DNA of 63,182 nucleotides, the filler included, from Neoconidiobolus thromboides FSU 785 (taxonomy: Eukaryota > Fungi > Entomophthoromycota): NCBI GenBank assembly GCA_025603075.1. It is 7 parts of 7 records of this genome, joined end to end, with 100 filler letters (N's around TTAATTAATTAA, not from the genome) between each part and the next. Parts side by side here need not be neighbours in the genome. Positions count along the whole stretch, not along the records: positions 60,814 to 61,913 come from MU627039.1; positions 62,014 to 63,182 come from MU627026.1; 5 more parts are not named here. One strand, 5' to 3'. This document shows positions 61,322-63,182 of this stretch, piece after piece; the first letter of the stretch is position 1, and each line of letters starts with the position of its first letter. The translations under genes and the position numbers were made by a program. The notes beneath the pieces are model-generated. The model saw only the letters and a program-made list of their open reading frames with translations. It made no database searches and was not told the DNA's origin.

Positions 61322-61710
61322 ATATCAGTTTTTATTAAACTTAAAAAACTTAAATAAAGGCTTATTTTTATTATTATTTTGAATAGTTGATAGTAATAAG
61401 TATTTTAATAATTTAAGAAATAAAGTAACAGTTAGGTTAATATTTTTCAAACATATATTAAATAATTTTGAAAATGTAGCAAAAAAAAACAGGCTTTTAT
61501 ATGTATGTATTTAATATATAAAAAAAGCTATTTGAAAATGAAATAAATACAGGGATAAAAAATAAAAACAAATTCAATAAAGTTAAATTATTATAATAAG
61601 CAAGCTATATTAGTATTAAAGTTTAACATTTTATATTTAAAGAATAACAAATTAATAAGCAAAGTTTATTTTAGTTATTTATCTAAAATATTAAATTATA
61701 ATTCGTATAT

Positions 61711-61807
61711 GGGGATGTTTTTTTGGTTTCATTGCTTTTTCCATGTTTTAAGCGGTATTTGAGTAGAATAATTGTTAGTAAAATCCTTAAACAAAAAATA
61801 CACCTCC
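61711..61807 (-). mobile_element. GGGGATG MITE
   Basis: ATAT/ATAT flanks. Confidence 0.8.
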
Positions 61808-61818
61808 ATATATAGAAG

Positions 61819-61913
61819 TGTGAAATCTGGTACTCAGGGTTTGGAGTCAAGAACAGCTATTGCTAGGTTGACTACACTATAAGTCGAAAGGTCTTAGTTT
61901 ATGTGACTAAGAT
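61819..61913 (-). mobile_element. Right end of the TGTGAAAT element running into a gap
   Basis: TGTGAAATCTGGTACTCAG... Confidence 0.8.
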
Positions 61914-62013
61914 NNNNNNNNNNNNNNNNNNNNNNNNNNNNNNNNNNNNNNNNNNNNTTAATTAATTAANNNNNNNNNNNNNNNNNNNNNNNNNNNNNNN
62001 NNNNNNNNNNNNN

Positions 62014-62128
62014 TTGTTCATAATTCAAGTCTATCTTAGCCATATAAACTAAAACCTTTCGACTTACAGTATAGTCAATTAGGCAATAGCTGCTTTTGAC
62101 TCCAATTATTGAGTACCAAATTTTGCAG
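62014..62128 (+). mobile_element. Right end of the TGTGAAAT element after a gap
   Basis: Matches about 20915-21023; the terminus is degenerate. Confidence 0.75.
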
Positions 62129-62192
62129 TTTTTTGTATAGCTTATTAATGATATAGTTTATTTATTTTACACAATCTATTTAGTTATCATAT

Positions 62193-62291
62193 GGGAGTGT
62201 TTTTTTTGACTTCATTACTTTTTCCGCCTTTTAAGTGCTATTTGAGCAGAAAGACTGCTGGTAAAATTCTTAAGCAAAAATATCCACCTCC
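62193..62291 (-). mobile_element. GGGGATG MITE
   Basis: ATAT/ATTT flanks. Confidence 0.8.
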
Positions 62292-62751
62292 ATTTGTTAA
62301 ATCTATATTCTATCTTATTATTAACGGTAAAATATTTTATTATTATTGTCCTTGTGGGAATTATTTATTTGAATAATTTTTAGCAACAAATCTATGGGTG
62401 GTTCAGCAAACCATTTGATAGCTAAATTCAATAATATATTAAAAATAATTTTTGTGTTTTATAGCCCAAAAATCAAACTAATATACATATATATAAACAA
62501 AATACCTTTATAATTAAAACCTAAAAAGTGATATTAGCATAATATTTTGTAAATGTTTTATGATATTGTTAAATAAGTTAAAATATTTTAAAATCAATAA
62601 GTAAAGTTATAATTAAATTTTTAGTATTTAAATTCTAAGTTGTATGAACACTATTATAGCTTTTAATATATATGGATGCCCAAATTAGTTTCAGAATTTA
62701 CTTAAAAGGTAATTTAAACTTTTAGTTTTCAAATTTGTAAATCCTTAATAT

Positions 62752-62852
62752 GGGGATGTCTCCCCTTTGGCTTGATTACTTTTTCTATCTTTCAAACGCT
62801 ATTTGGATGGAAAAATTGTTAACAAAATTCTTAAACATAAAAATATATTCCC
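62752..62852 (-). mobile_element. GGGGATG MITE
   Basis: ATAT/ATGT flanks. Confidence 0.75.
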
Positions 62853-63068
62853 ATGTATAATTAGTTAAATTTAAAAAGCCTAAAATTAGATAAAAAAGTT
62901 TAAAGACTTATTTTATTTATTTTAATTATTTTGTTTTTTTAAAATGTTTAGTAGATATATAACATATAAATATATAGCTATTTAACTTTAACTTTTATTA
63001 AGATAAAAAATAAAATACAAACTTTTATAATTAAACTTTGAAGTAGATTTTTAAAAATTTTAATATGT

Positions 63069-63182
63069 TGTGAAATCTGGTACTCAGTAATTGGAGTCAA
63101 AAGCAGCTATTGCCTAATTGACTATACTGTAAGTCGAAAGGTTTTAGTTTATATGGCTAAGATAGACTTGAATTATGAACAA
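63069..63182 (-). mobile_element. Right end of the TGTGAAAT element at the window end
   Basis: TGTGAAATCTGGTACTCAG... Confidence 0.8.

Noticed and set aside
3898-62852. MITE copies as a CRISPR-like or regularly spaced array
   Set aside because: Spacing is irregular, orientation is mixed, the host is eukaryotic, and TIR/TSD structure explains them.

Overview
Very AT-rich eukaryotic DNA with short (about 43-60 nt) GT-AG introns. Gene content and style resemble an early-diverging fungus (Entomophthoromycotina/Conidiobolus-like; inference). It is a draft scaffold with six 100-nt gaps (N44-TTAATTAATTAA-N44). Recognisable genes: three paralogous PY-motif membrane proteins, PEX14, a GPI-like Ser/Thr-rich protein, a Pho85-type (PCL) cyclin, a DHA2-type MFS transporter plus a pseudogenised fragment of it, two apparently identical HSP20 copies, two alkaline-ceramidase (CREST) paralogs alternating with two P450s, a 4-TM orphan, RBM39, an Rrn10-like protein, SPT3, a DUF455 ferritin-like protein, a type IIC P-type ATPase, the 3' half of a 7TM receptor, and three tRNA-Gln(UUG) genes. 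Intergenic DNA carries about 27 copies of a ~97-bp GGGGATG...CATCCCC MITE with 4-bp AWWT target duplications, plus several pieces of a ~464-bp TGTGAAAT...ATTTCACA element. The strongest leads are: (1) an intact 1076-aa P-type ATPase with degenerate catalytic motifs (DKVGILT, SDD, KGEVE), a candidate pseudo-pump; (2) the Sola-like MITE family; (3) a ceramidase-P450-ceramidase-P450 cluster inside a 23.6-kb block bounded by long inverted repeats and flanked by directly repeated HSP20 genes, which is partly confounded by assembly gaps. All calls are by eye from motifs; no database searches were run.
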